From the NCBI GenBank assembly GCA_964016885.1, contig CAXHJY010001646.1:1-64000 (forward strand): a DNA stretch of 64,000 nt, in the 5' to 3' direction. The position numbers and the translations under genes were made by a program. The notes beneath the pieces are model-generated. The model ran no database searches. It saw only the letters and a list, made by a program, of their open reading frames with translations, and was not told the origin of the DNA. The first letter of the stretch is position 1. Each line of letters begins with the position of its first letter. The DNA is from Eledone cirrhosa (lineage: Eukaryota). Below are positions 27,278 through 38,917 of this stretch, one piece after another.

Positions 27278-27668
27278 TCATCATCATCATCATCATCATC
27301 ATTTTACGTCCGCTTTTCCCTGCTTGCAAGGGTGGGACAGGTCTTATTCAGCACAGCATCTCTCCACTCGTCACGGTCCTTCGTCATCTCCACAGTGAGC
27401 TTCAATGATCTGAGGTCTGTTCTCACCACCTCCGCCCATGTTTTTCGTGGTCTACCTCTACCACGTCTTCCTTCAACTGGCATTTCCTGGCACTTCTTCA
27501 CCCATCGGTCATCCTCCATGCGCATCAAATGTCCATACCACCTCAGTCTCCCGTACACTACATTCTATCCCTCTCAGACACAGTTTCTCTCTCAACACAT
27601 TTATGCTGGGTCGTTCACGCACATTTACATTGCACATCCAACGGAGCATGCTTGCCTCATTTCTCTCC
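27278..27668 (-). mobile_element. RTE LINE 3' fragment with (GAT)n tail
   Basis: RLRWYGHLMRMEDDRWVKKC...GRPRKTW; near-identical to 30870-31255 in the opposite orientation. Confidence 0.9.
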
Positions 27669-27944
27669 ATATATATATATATACACACAAACAGAAAATT
27701 AGGTTAAATTCCCAATATTTTCAGCTGGAATACCTGTGTTTCGCTGGGGAATTATTTCCACAGCTTGTCAGTCTGACATCTTTGAAATGGATGTTGTCAG
27801 GAGTAAAACATGTGCATTCGACAGATGAAAATGTTGGGAATTTAACCTAATTTGGTATATTACAACTCGTCCCTCGGACTGAGTGCTCTGCCGACTTTGG
27901 ATAAAAATATTTTTTTTACAAAATGCACTACATCATCATTACAC

Positions 27945-27978
<34 letters not shown>

Positions 27979-28030
27979 GAGTTGAGTCTATATATATATA
28001 TATATATATATAGCCTCAACTGTGTGTGTA

Positions 28031-28099
<69 letters not shown>

Positions 28100-28104
<5 letters not shown>

Positions 28105-28290
28105 AGTAAGTAAGACCCCGACGGCTGAGCTCTAGCCGTTTCGACGGCTAATTCAGTACAGAATTAGCCGTCGAAACGGCTTGAGCTCAGCCATCGGGGT
28201 CTTACTTACTCCTATTACCCACTCTACTACCCTAAGTATTGAGTACTTTGGTGCGTTATGGTCCACCTGGTTCCTTACCACTTTTCCCTC
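28100..28290. mobile_element. Hammerhead 3'-half fold-back element (family G) with conserved tail
   Basis: Palindrome 28100-28215. Each arm reads UAGCCGUC-GAAA-CGGC...GCCR-UC-GGGGUC. Tail is ACTCTACTACCCTAAGTATTGAGTACT..GGTGCGTTATGG. Flanked by (TA)n on both sides. Confidence 0.75.
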
Positions 28291-28291
28291 G

Positions 28292-28374
<83 letters not shown>

Positions 28375-28441
28375 TTATTCCGGGTTCAATCGGGAGTAAC
28401 CACAGTAAGTAAGGTACTCAATACATAGCAGAATATAAATG

Positions 28442-28514
28442 TTTAATATAGAAAAGCTTCCTGATGAGTTCTCACGAATGAAACAGTTCTAGTCCTGTAG
28501 AAGCTTTTCTATAT

Positions 28515-28518
<4 letters not shown>
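28442..28518 (+). ncRNA. Type I hammerhead ribozyme motif with full stem III
   Basis: 19-bp stem I UUUAAUAUAGAAAAGCUUC/GAAGCUUUUCUAUAUUAAA, CUGAUGA, stem II GUUC-UCAC-GAAU, GAAA, stem III CAG-UUCUAGUC-CUG, GUA triplet (predicted cut after 28499). Confidence 0.85.
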
Positions 28519-28549
<31 letters not shown>

Positions 28550-28555
<6 letters not shown>

Positions 28556-29235
28556 ATAAGGGCGCTGCGGAGTTGCAAATGGGTTACATATGAAAAAAGT
28601 GTGTCCTTCATCAGTGATCTTCCAACTATCATAGGCATTTCATCGCTTTAAAGACCATATACCTCCGGTTGGTGCGAGCAACGGCTAAAAAAAGTCATTG
28701 GGACACGTAAATAAAGGGGACGCGAGGGTAAACAAACAAAATGGTGAGGCAACAGAAAGTGAGGAAGAAGGAGACAAGTCCCAGATTTCTATGAATTTAA
28801 GTTCGGTGAAATCGTGAACGAGAGAATAAAGACCATCAAACCTGGTTGAAATGTGAGCAAGGAAGGAATTTCGCACAGGTCTAACGGGAGGAAGAAGGGG
28901 TCTGGTCTGCGAATTCGGTAAACATAAGTTCTGTGAAATCGTAGACCAGAGAGAAAAAATTCCGACCAGCTTGGCCGAGAATGTGAGAGAAAAGAATTAC
29001 TCACAGGTCAAACGGGAAGAAAGAGGAGAAGGAGAGGTAGTGACAGAGAATGAGTGAGTGAAGGGTGAGGAAGAGGCTAACAGAGAGAGAGAGACTGCTA
29101 GAAAGGGTAAAGATACATAGAACGAAAAAGACGGTGTAGCAGCAGAGGAAAAAATATGTGTAAATATGATAATAAAGGCGCTGCGGAGTTGCAAATGGGT
29201 TACATATGATAAAAGTTTGTCCTTCATCAGTGATT
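28550..29235 (-). mobile_element. Element bounded by ~65-bp direct repeats carrying CUGAUGAAGGAC (Penelope pLTR-like relic)
   Basis: GGCGCTGCGGAGTTGCAAATGGGTTACATATG...GTCCTTCATCAGTGAT at ~28561-28618 and ~29177-29234. Confidence 0.5.
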
Positions 29236-30210
29236 CAGCACAGCATCTCTCCACTTGTTACGGTCCTTCGTCATCCCCTCCGTGAGCTTCAGCAATCTGA
29301 GGTCTGCTCTCACCACCTCCTCCCATAATTTTTGTGGTCTCTACTGTGTCTTCCTTCTACTGGTATATCTTGGCACTTCTTTACCCAGCGGTCATCCTCC
29401 ATGCGCATCACATGTCCATACCATCCAGACCTTTCTTCTCCACACCTTCCTGTATGTCTCATTCCATCTCTTTCTTACTGAGATATCACTAACGACTAAC
29501 CTATGCTGTGGGGTACATTCTTCCCCAGGGTATGCCTTGGTATTTGACACCATCTGCCTAACTAGTAAGAAGTCAATCTGGCTTATGTGCTCGTCTGATT
29601 TGTAGGTTATTAGGTGGTTGGCAGGTTTCTGGAAGTTAGTGTTGCAAATAGTCAGTGTACTTGCGTCACAAAATTCAAGAAGTCTCACTCCTTCATTTCT
29701 TGAGCCGTAACCGTGCCTACCATGTACCCCAGTGTAACCATCCTGGAGCTGTCGAACGTGACCAGCGAAGTCCCCTGCTAGCATAATGATGTCTCCGTCC
29801 TCTGTCATTTTGGCTGTTTGTAAAAGTTGCTCGTAAAACCAGTCTTTCTCTTCTTTGCCTAGGCCTGCTTGGGGAGCATAGGCAGAGATGATTGTCAGTA
29901 GTCTCCCGCCTACAACTAATCTAAGCTTAATTATTCGATTATTAACTCGAACTACCTCTATTGTCTTATTGATCCATCTCTCAGCCAGGAAAATACCTAC
30001 TCCCCCTAACCCATCATCCTTACCTACCCAGAAAAGCTTATAGCTAAGATGTTTGCCTGCGACTAGTCTTGCAGAGGCACCTCTCCATCTCACCTCTTGC
30101 ACGCAGCACACATCCACATGCCTTCTCTCCAGCATCTCCACTATTTCACCAGCTCTACCTGTGAGAGTGCCAACATTAAGTGTTGCAACTCTGAGATACG
30201 GCATCTTCAT
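29235..30210 (-). mobile_element. Internally deleted RTE LINE: APE endonuclease fused to an RT 3' remnant
   Basis: ORF 29392-30210 has APE motifs TLNVGTL, CVQEVRW, ISAYAPQ, AGDF, QIDF and QHRLV. 29235-29425 matches the RTE 3' coding end. Confidence 0.92.
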
Positions 30211-30441
30211 ATTTTTGTTGTTCCTATATATTTGTTGCTGTGCTCATAATTGTTTTGGCATTGATACACTGGTTGGATGCCCTTCCTAACACAAGTGCAA
30301 CTTTACAGCATGGACTGGGTGCTTTTATTCGTGCCACCAGCATCAGAGAGGATGTCTTACTGAACTCATGGGCCCTCTCTACCCCTCCATTTTACAGCAT
30401 GGTCATAACAAAAATATGTGTGTGTGTGTGTGTATACACAC

Positions 30442-30478
<37 letters not shown>

Positions 30479-30485
30479 TATATAT

Positions 30486-30520
<35 letters not shown>

Positions 30521-31255
30521 ACAGGTAGGGAGAAATACGTATGCAGTAGATGTACAGGGAAATTAGACAGTAAAAGTCGCATTGATAGACACATTTTTCA
30601 AATGCAGGCGGGTGCTATAGAAGTGGTGGATAGCTTCCGGTACCTAGGAGATCAGATTAGCATGGGAAGGGGGGGGGTGTTCTGAGGCCATAGTATCTAG
30701 AATAAGGACGGGTTGGAAGAAGTTTAGGGAGCTGCTTCCTCTGCTGACGAAGAAGGGTTTCTCCCTGCGTACGAAAAACCAGTTATATGATGCCTGTGTG
30801 AGGAGCGCGATGTTGCATGGTAGTGAGACATGGGCAGCAACTGCAGAGGATATGCGACGGCTGGAGAGAAATGAGGCAAGCATGCTCCGCTGGATGTGCA
30901 ATGTCAATGTGCGTGAACGACCAAGCATGAATGTGTTGAGAGAGAAACTGTGTCTGAGAGGGATAGAATGTAGTGTACGGGAGAGGAGACTGAGGTGGTA
31001 TGGACATGTGATGCGCATGGAGGATGACCGATGGGTGAAGAAATGCCAGGAAATGCCAGTAGAAGGAAGACGTGGTAGAGCTAGACCACGAAAAACATGG
31101 GCGGAGGTGGTGAGAAAAGACTTCAGATCGCTAAAGCTCACGGTGGAGATGACGAAGGACCGTGATAAGTGGAGAGATGCTGTGCCGAATAAGACCTGTC
31201 CCACCCTTGCAAGCAGGGAAGAGCGGATGTAAAATGATGATGATGATGATGATGA
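30521..31255 (+). mobile_element. RTE LINE 3' fragment with (GAT)n tail
   Basis: CSRC..FRYLGDQIS, LHGSETW, RRLRWYGHV, RPRKTW. Frameshift in a G run at ~30670. Starts after (TA)n. Confidence 0.92.
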
Positions 31256-32261
31256 TATATATATATATATATACACATACATATATATTTATGTATACAC
31301 ACACACACACATATATATACATACATACATACACACCCAGTGAGACACATCAACCTAGATAGATGGCAAGTTTCAGAGTTTAGCAGAGAACCAAGACAAT
31401 CCCTATAATGACAATTACAGATTGTAATGGAAGTTAGCAGGGGCAGTAACTGTTGGAGACATAGTGTGGTGGTGGTGGTGAGATAGGGAGAGACAAGAAA
31501 AAGGAGAGAATGTGAGAGATAGTAAGAGAGAGAGACAGACTAAGGTGAAAAGGGGAAGAGTGATGGGGGTGAGAACAGCAACAGTTGAAGACACGTGGGA
31601 GAGGGGGAAAGGTGAAGGAAAGAGAGGAAACAAAGAGTGAGCATTCCTAGACATGATTGAGAGAGAGAGGAGAGTGAAAGAGAGGGGGTGAGCAAGGGAG
31701 GGAGGGTGAAAGAGAGAGAGAAAGAGAGAGAGTTGGCTTTCCACAAAGATCCCTTCCCTACTATCTCCACTCCACTGCCTTCTATCACTCACACTCAGTG
31801 GAACACTGCACTCAACTAACCACACAGTCTTTCTCTCTCTCTTTCCTCTGACTCCCTCCCTCCCCTTGTAACCTTCAGCGAAGTAAAAAAGGAGGTGGAG
31901 ACAGAGAGAGGCGGAGGAGGTTTGTTTGAAGTTGTCTCCCCATGGAAATATTGTTTACTTAAGGATGTGTTCACTGAACACACCCACATACACACACAGA
32001 CAGACTATGTGTATGTGGTGATGTGTGTATATGTGATAATGTGTATATGTGATAATGTGTATGTGTAGTGATGTTTATATGTATGGATGTGTGTGGTGAA
32101 ATGTAGTGATGTGTGTGTGTGTATAGTAATTTGTGTGTGTGTAGTGATTGTATGTGTAATGCCTAGAGAGAGAGAGAGAGAAAGAGTGTGTGTGTGTATA
32201 TGTATGTATGAGACTGCCAGCTGTTTGTATATACAATCCTGTATCTGTAGAGATGTTTCTG

Positions 32262-32361
<100 letters not shown>

Positions 32362-32665
32362 GGGGGGGGGGGTTCATGATGTGTAGCTATTATTCATACA
32401 TTACATACATACACACATCCTGACATATAAAGAGAGACACACACACACATACATAGACACATCCTGACATATAAAGAGACACACACATATAGACACACAA
32501 ATACATACATACTCACATCGTGATATATAAAGAGACACACAAATACAGACATACAGACATACAGACATACATGTAAGTGTGTGTGTATGTATATGATGTA
32601 TGATGTCTTGGCTAACAAAGAGACCAACATCAGACCCTCTCCCCTCTCACTGCAGACAGACCCCA

Positions 32666-32814
32666 CTACCTTGTCTTCTACCCCCCACCCCACCTAGGCT
32701 TCCAATCACAAGCCCACACTGGTCCCTTCATGGGCATGCAGGCCCACGAAGGGACCAGTGTGAGCTTGTGAGCTGAAGCCAAGGCGGGGGATAGGTAGGT
32801 AGAAGACAAGGTAG
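32666..32814 (-). other. ~150-nt imperfect hairpin (inverted repeat)
   Basis: Inner 29-bp stem CACAAGCCCACACTGGTCCCTTCATGGGC/GCCCACGAAGGGACCAGTGTGAGCTTGTG with a 6-nt loop; outer 17-bp stem CTACCTTGTCTTCTACC/GGTAGAAGACAAGGTAG. Confidence 0.85.
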
Positions 32815-32849
32815 ACATGTTAAGACATGGTTGAGGAAGATCCAACAGG

Positions 32850-33080
32850 CATGGGTCTGGTCTGAAAGCCAGCTCATCACGGGGCTTATAGCTGCGCAGG
32901 ATGAAGATCTCTCTCGAGGAACACCTGGTAGACATGGGTCTGGCCTGAAAGCCAGCTCATCACTGGGTTTATAGCTGCGCAGGGTGAAGATCTCTCTCGA
33001 GGAAGACCTGGTAGGTTTGGGTCTGACCTGAGAACCAGCTCATCACAGGACTTATGACTGTGTTGAGTGAAGATCTCTTG
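32850..33080. repeat. Three ~83-bp tandem units
   Basis: TGGGTCTG..CTGA.A.CCAGCTCATCAC...TGAAGATCTCT repeated three times. Confidence 0.85.
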
Positions 33081-35189
33081 TCAACTGATACTCCATATGG
33101 AGCAGGAAAGAATAATAAACTAACGTCACATTTCATAGGTTATATTTTTATAATTAAAACATAAGAGATAGCGAGAAAATATGATAAATTAAAAAAATTA
33201 TTCATTTGATGAAGGGATTTTATTCCGAAATATAAAGGGCCATTAAACAACTGCAAGGTTACATTCCAACATCTTTGTTATTATATTTTAAAAATTTAAT
33301 GCTCCATTTTCATTTCTATGTGTACGTATGGACCCCGTAACTCCTGATGGAGTTGTAGGGGTGCCATGTTGACATATAGCGTTTCTAGGGCATTTTAAAA
33401 CCTAGAGGAGCTCATCTCCTCTCCAGGTCTGAACACAGCAGATTTCTTTCAAAGAAGGATAGAAAGAGTGAGAAAAAGATATAGAGGAAGAATTGACTCC
33501 AGTACTTGACTGTTACTTTTTTTTGTACCAGACTGGTACATTTTTATTGACCTCAAATGGATGAAAGGTAAATTTGACCTCGGCAGGATTTGAACTCGGA
33601 GAGCAGAGAGCTCGAACAAATACCACAAAGCATTCCATTCGACATTCTAATGACTCTGCTAATTCGCCACCCTTTTCATTGCTGTAGTCTTCTAAAAAAA
33701 ACACTATTTTTAAAGACATTTTTTTTAATGTTTATATTTGGTTTAGCAAATGACATGGAAGTTGAAATATGTACAATATACATTTGCTGGCAGAGCTGAG
33801 ACACATCATCAGTGATGTGGTCTGAAGAGGTTGGGTGGGTTGAGGGTTTTATTCGGGACTTTTTGGGGGTCTTTCGACATCAGACACCCTTTCCTAGAGA
33901 TAAATGGAGGTTGACTAGGTCTCTACTTGTACCCCAGCAATGTGATGAAGCATGGCAGTGGTGGCGGCGTCGGTGGTGGTGACAGCCCCCATACCCATAT
34001 AAGTAATAAATTCGGTGAATCAGACAGGATATTTGAGATGTTTTCTGTTTTCTTATTTCCAGATCTATTGTGAAGGATTTTTCAACATTACATATATAGT
34101 CAGTAGCTACCACCACCACCAATACCACCCCACCACTAACACAACCTCCCACCACCACCACCACTATACCACCACCAATACCACCAATGTCACGAAGGTA
34201 TTCAATACCTTTTCTCTTTGTGACGACATGTTGTTGTTAAAAGTCTACAGTACACAATGTATGATGTATGTATATAATATATTCAGCTATGTATGTATAT
34301 GACATGGTATTTGCATGTATGTGTGCGTGTGTGTGTATGTATGTATGTATGTGTGTATTTATGTATGTTTGTATGTATGTGATGTGCGCATGTATGTATA
34401 TATGTATATATGTGTGTATGTATGTGTGTATATAATAGGAAGGACTGACCTGGGATATATATAGCAAGTATTACTAATGACAACAACAACAACGTCAGTG
34501 ACGTCAAGACAACGACGGAAGAGAAGAGAGGGAGGGCTCGTACGAGGTCGGTCACACAACACACAAGAAATAGCAGCCAACTTTTTCCTCAAATCACACC
34601 CTACCGTCTATACATACATACAAACAAACAAAAAGACAGGACACATTACATAATGTAGTCCCAGATGTATTATAATATCTAGAAAACCAAACTAAAATCG
34701 AGCGAGTGGTCACGGCTAGAAGTACTTTTTGATCACAGTCCTGCATAATCATAACTGACCTTGGGCTTAAAAACATCAGTGACCACCACCACGACGACAA
34801 CAACCAGTAACAACAGTTCGTAATGTGTGTGTGTGTGTGTCTTTACGTGTGTATATGCGTGTGTCTTTACGTGTGTATATGAGTGCGTGTGTCTTTACGT
34901 GTGTATATGAGTGCGTGTGTCTTTACGGATGCGAATGAGCGTGTGTGTGTGTGTGTGTGTCTGTGTGTGTGTATGCGTATGTCTGTGTTTCAAAACAGAG
35001 AAAGAGGGTGGAGAAACAAGCAGAGAGAGAGAGAGACAGAGAGAAACAGAGAGATTGAGAATAATAGAGGAAGAGAGTTTATAGAGAGAGAGAGAGAGAG
35101 AGAGAGAAGAAAAAAATATGGTAATAAAGAGATGGACAGAGAGAAAGAGATGGTAATAGAGGTGTAGAATTAAGAGAGGTATAGAGAGA

Positions 35190-35900
35190 TATGTAGGAAG
35201 GTAGAGAGGGAGCAAGAGAGTGAACGGTAAAGAGAGATGTAGAAGAGAGAGAGGTGGGACGGTAGAGAGGGGGGGAGCAAGAGAAAGAGGTGGGACGGTA
35301 GAGAGGGGGGAGCAAGAGAGAGAGGTGGGACGGTAGAGAGGGTGGGAGCAAGAGAGAGAGAACGGTAGAGAGAGAGGTGGGACGTTAGAGAGGGCGGGAG
35401 CAAGAGAGAAAGAACGGTAGAGAGAGAGAGAGGTGGGACGGTAGGAGAGAGGTGGAACGGTGAAGAGGGAGTGAGCAAGAGAGAACGGTAGAGAGAGATG
35501 TAGAAGAGAGAGAGAGAGGTGGGACGGTAGAGAGGGAGTGAGCGAGAGAGAACGGTAGGGAGTGAGCGAGAGAGAACGGTAGAGAGGGAGTGAGCAAGAG
35601 AGAGAACGGTAGAAAGAGATGTAGAAAGAAAGAGAGAGAGAGAGAGAGAGAGGTGGGACGGTAGAGAGAGATCTAGAAGAGAGAGAGAGATGTAGAAGAG
35701 AGATGTAGGAGAGAGAGGTGGGACGGTAGAGAGGGAGGGAGTAAGAGAGAACGGTAGAGAGAGAGAGAGGTGGGACGGTAGAGAGGGAGTGAGCAAGAGA
35801 GAGAACGGTAGAGAGAGATGTAGAAGAGAGAGAGAGAGATGTAGAAGAGAGAGAGGTGGGACGGTAGAGAGGGAGTGAGCAAGAGAGAGACCGGTAGAGA
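35190..35900. repeat. GA-rich composite repeat (GAGAGGTGGGACGGTAGAGAG / GAGCAAGAGAG modules)
   Basis: Direct inspection. Confidence 0.9.
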
Positions 35901-36349
35901 TAGATAGAGTATTAGAGGCGTACAAGGGGAAGGAGGTAAGTAGCTAGTGTTAGAGAGACAGTGAGAGATAGAGAGACAGTGAGAGATAGAGAGGGGAAGA
36001 GAGAAAGAGAGAGTAAAAAAGGGAATGGGAGGAGGAGGAAAGGACTCCAGGAAACTCAGTAGAAAACAATGGAAGGTTTACTTACGATGATTTAACATAT
36101 ATTCTCTATTTTTAACTACACAGGCAGACAGGCAGACAGACAGATACACATAGTACATACTGTCAGCGGCAGATACGTACATACATACACAAACACACCT
36201 ACACACATAGCCAGACATACACACACACAAACACATGGATAGACAGACAAACACGCATACAAACACATAGACAGACAGGCAGTCACACATACACACACAA
36301 ACACACGGATAGACAGACAAACACACATACATATATACAGAGACAGAAA

Positions 36350-36790
36350 CTCATATTTTACATATTATACACCCATAACAGCTTTCATACATATTTTACA
36401 TTTATACACCCATAACAGCTTTCATGTATTTTACAATTTATACACCCATGACAACTTTCATACATATTTTACAATTTATACACCAGTGACACAATATTAT
36501 ATATAGTCAACAGTTTATACATTTATCATCACATGACTTATTTTACAATTTATACACCCATGGCATAGCTTTCACATATTTTACAATTTAGACACCCATG
36601 ATAGTATTCATATATTTTAACAATCTATACATCCAACATCCACACATGACTCACATATTTTACAAATATACAGCCATGACATAGCTTTTATATATATTTT
36701 ACAATTATATACCCATGATATGGTTTTCATATATATATATAAGCTTTTATATAAATTTTACAATTATACACCCATGATATGGTTTATATA
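36350..36790. repeat. Degenerate ~35-37-bp minisatellite
   Basis: TATTTTACAATTTATACACCCATGA recurs about 10 times. Confidence 0.85.
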
Positions 36791-37006
36791 TATATATATA
36801 TATATATCACAATTAGCTCTGCGACCCAGCTGGTAATGCCAGGAAACAGACAGTTCAAGTGTCACATCTTTGAACAGTGCCTGAAAAACAAAAGCAGGTC
36901 TGAAAAGTTACCTGTGTGCGCATAATCGCGCCATGTTCAATTAAGAGATGGCATTCCTCTGATGAGAAGTTGCAATCTCTCTTTCTGCATATATATACAT
37001 ACATAT

Positions 37007-37059
<53 letters not shown>

Positions 37060-37149
37060 AAGGTTAAACAAGGTTCAATGAATAAATCAAAGACTAAGTT
37101 TTACAATAGATTGGAAGCACTCAACAGTGTGGGTTTTCCGGAGTTATTA

Positions 37150-37525
37150 ATATTAATTCAAAATATTAACAAAAATAGACATTCATGTGATTAAGTATAT
37201 TTTATTATACATATTTCAGAGGTACTGAGCTATCTTCAACAGTACGTCCTCATCAGATAAAATAAGATGATGCATGACATACCCTGACTTAGTAGATAGT
37301 TAAGATTCAGTCATGGTAGTGACTACCATGACTGATGGTTAAGATTCAGTCATGACTACCATGACTGAATCTTAACTATCTACTAAGTCAGGGTATGTCA
37401 TGCATCATCTTATTTTATCTGATGAGGACGTACTGTTGAAGATAGCTCAGTACCTCTGAAATATGTATAATAAAATATACTTGATCACACGAATGTCTAT
37501 TTTTGTTAATATTTTGAATTAATAT
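37150..37525. repeat. Near-perfect 375-bp palindrome with a hammerhead in each arm (37198-37264 minus, 37411-37477 plus)
   Basis: Plus copy reads UAUUUUAU-CUGAUGA-GGA-C-GUACUG..CAGUAC-C-UCU-GAAA-UAUGUA-UA-AUAAAAUA. The centre has a nested duplication of TTAAGATTCAGTCATG/GACTACCATGACTGA. Confidence 0.9.
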
Positions 37526-37554
37526 ATATATATATATATATATACAGAGAGAGA

Positions 37555-37745
37555 GTGGTAAGAAACCAGGTGGACCATAACGCACCAGAGTACTTGATAC
37601 TTAGGGTAGTAGAGTGGGTAAAGATTAAGGACCCCGACGGCTGAGTTCCGGCTGTTTCGACAGCTAGAATCTTTTCATATTACCTACTCTACTACCCCAA
37701 GTATCAAGTACTCTGGTGAATAATGGTCTAGCTAGTTTTTACCAC
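37555..37745. mobile_element. Family G hammerhead-tail fold-back element
   Basis: Inverted copies of the family G tail flank GACCCCGACGGCTGAG..CTGTTTCGACAGCTA. Confidence 0.7.
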
Positions 37746-37769
37746 ATCCAATCTGATATATATATATAA

Positions 37770-38107
37770 TGGAGGCACATGGCTTAGTGGTTAGAGCATT
37801 GGCCTTGCAATCGAAAGGTTGTGAGTTCAATTCTCAGACCGGGTGATGTGTTGTTTCCTTGAGCAAGACACTTTATTTCACATTGCTCCAGTTTACTCAG
37901 CTGTAGAAATGAGATGATAGGGACTGGGGTCCCTATCATTCCACTGCAAAGTGGTCGTGTAGGTGCCACGGCAAAAAAGCACCCAGCACTCACTGTAAAT
38001 GAGGTTGGTGTTAGGAAGGGCATCCAGCTGTAGAAATCAAGCCAGAATCAGTTCCCGTCCCACCCTTGCCAGCAGGGAAAAGCGGACGTAAAATGATGAT
38101 GATGATG
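37770..38107 (+). mobile_element. Composite SINE: tRNA/CORE-like head plus RTE-derived tail
   Basis: GGAGGCACATGGCTTAGTGGTTAGAGC, GAGTTCAATTC, CCTTGAGCAAGACACTT, GGTGTTAGGAAGGGCATCCAGC, (GAT)n end. Confidence 0.85.
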
Positions 38108-38192
38108 ATATATATATTAGAGGTGCAAATTAATTGCATCCGTAGGCGGAATGCCAAGATGAGCACTCGATGCTTGTGGGAAGCAGAGTATC

Positions 38193-38380
38193 AATAATTG
38201 TTTCTACTTTTGGCACAAGGCCAGCAATTATTCCAGTGTATTACTGGTACTTTATTTTATCGACCCTGTAAGGATGAAAGGCAAAGTTAACCTCGGCGGG
38301 ATTTGAACTCAGAATGGAAAGGGCCATAACTATGTGTCAAAGCATGGCGTCTGACCCTCTACCCATACTGCCAATCCTCC
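38193..38380 (-). mobile_element. SINE family A
   Basis: Matches the family A consensus. CAGAGTATCAATAAT occurs on both sides, like a target-site duplication. Confidence 0.85.
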
Positions 38381-38559
38381 GAACAGAGTATCAATAATAA
38401 TAATATATAAGGGAACTAAAAAGCAGTGTTGCATCATATGCATATTTAATTACATATTACGTAGACGTGAGTCTACATGTGAACACATCTCTGAGGAGCT
38501 TCAGATTCCAGAGTCAAGATCGATCATTAATCGAGCTGATCGACAGTGAAACATATGTA

Positions 38560-38900
38560 ATCATCATCATCATCATTTTTACGTCCGCTTTTCCCTGCTG
38601 GCAAGGGTGGGACGGGATCTGATTCTGGCTTTATTTCTACAGCTGGATGCCCTTCCTAACACCAACCTCATTTACAGTGAGTGCTGGGTGCTTTTTTGCC
38701 GTGACACCTCCACGACCACTTTGCAGTGGAATGATAGGGACCCCAGTCCCTATCATCTCATTTCTACAGCTGATTAAACTGGAGCAATGTGAAATAAAGT
38801 GTCTTGCTCAAGGAAACAACACATCACCTGGTCTGAGAATTGAACTCACAACCTTTCGATTGCAAGGCCAATGCTCTAACCACTAAGCCATGTGCCTCCA
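38560..38900 (-). mobile_element. Composite SINE, inverted near-identical copy of 37770-38107
   Basis: Reverse-complement identity; the ORF-track peptides at 37784-38023 and 38647-38886 are almost the same. Confidence 0.88.
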
Positions 38901-38917
38901 TGATGATGATGATGATG

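Noticed and set aside
33206-33240. UUGAUGA-AGGGAUUUUAUUCC-GAAA-UAUA hammerhead-like relic
   Set aside because: C3 of the core is mutated and no convincing stem I is present.
37770-37845. tRNA-like sequence
   Set aside because: It is the head of a multi-copy SINE that continues into CORE-like and RTE-tail sequence; no proper acceptor stem is evident.
38486-38560. CUGAGGA...GAAA-CAUAUG-UA motif
   Set aside because: Core and palindromic stem III are present, but the 3' strand of stem I is replaced by a SINE tail; counted only as a relic.
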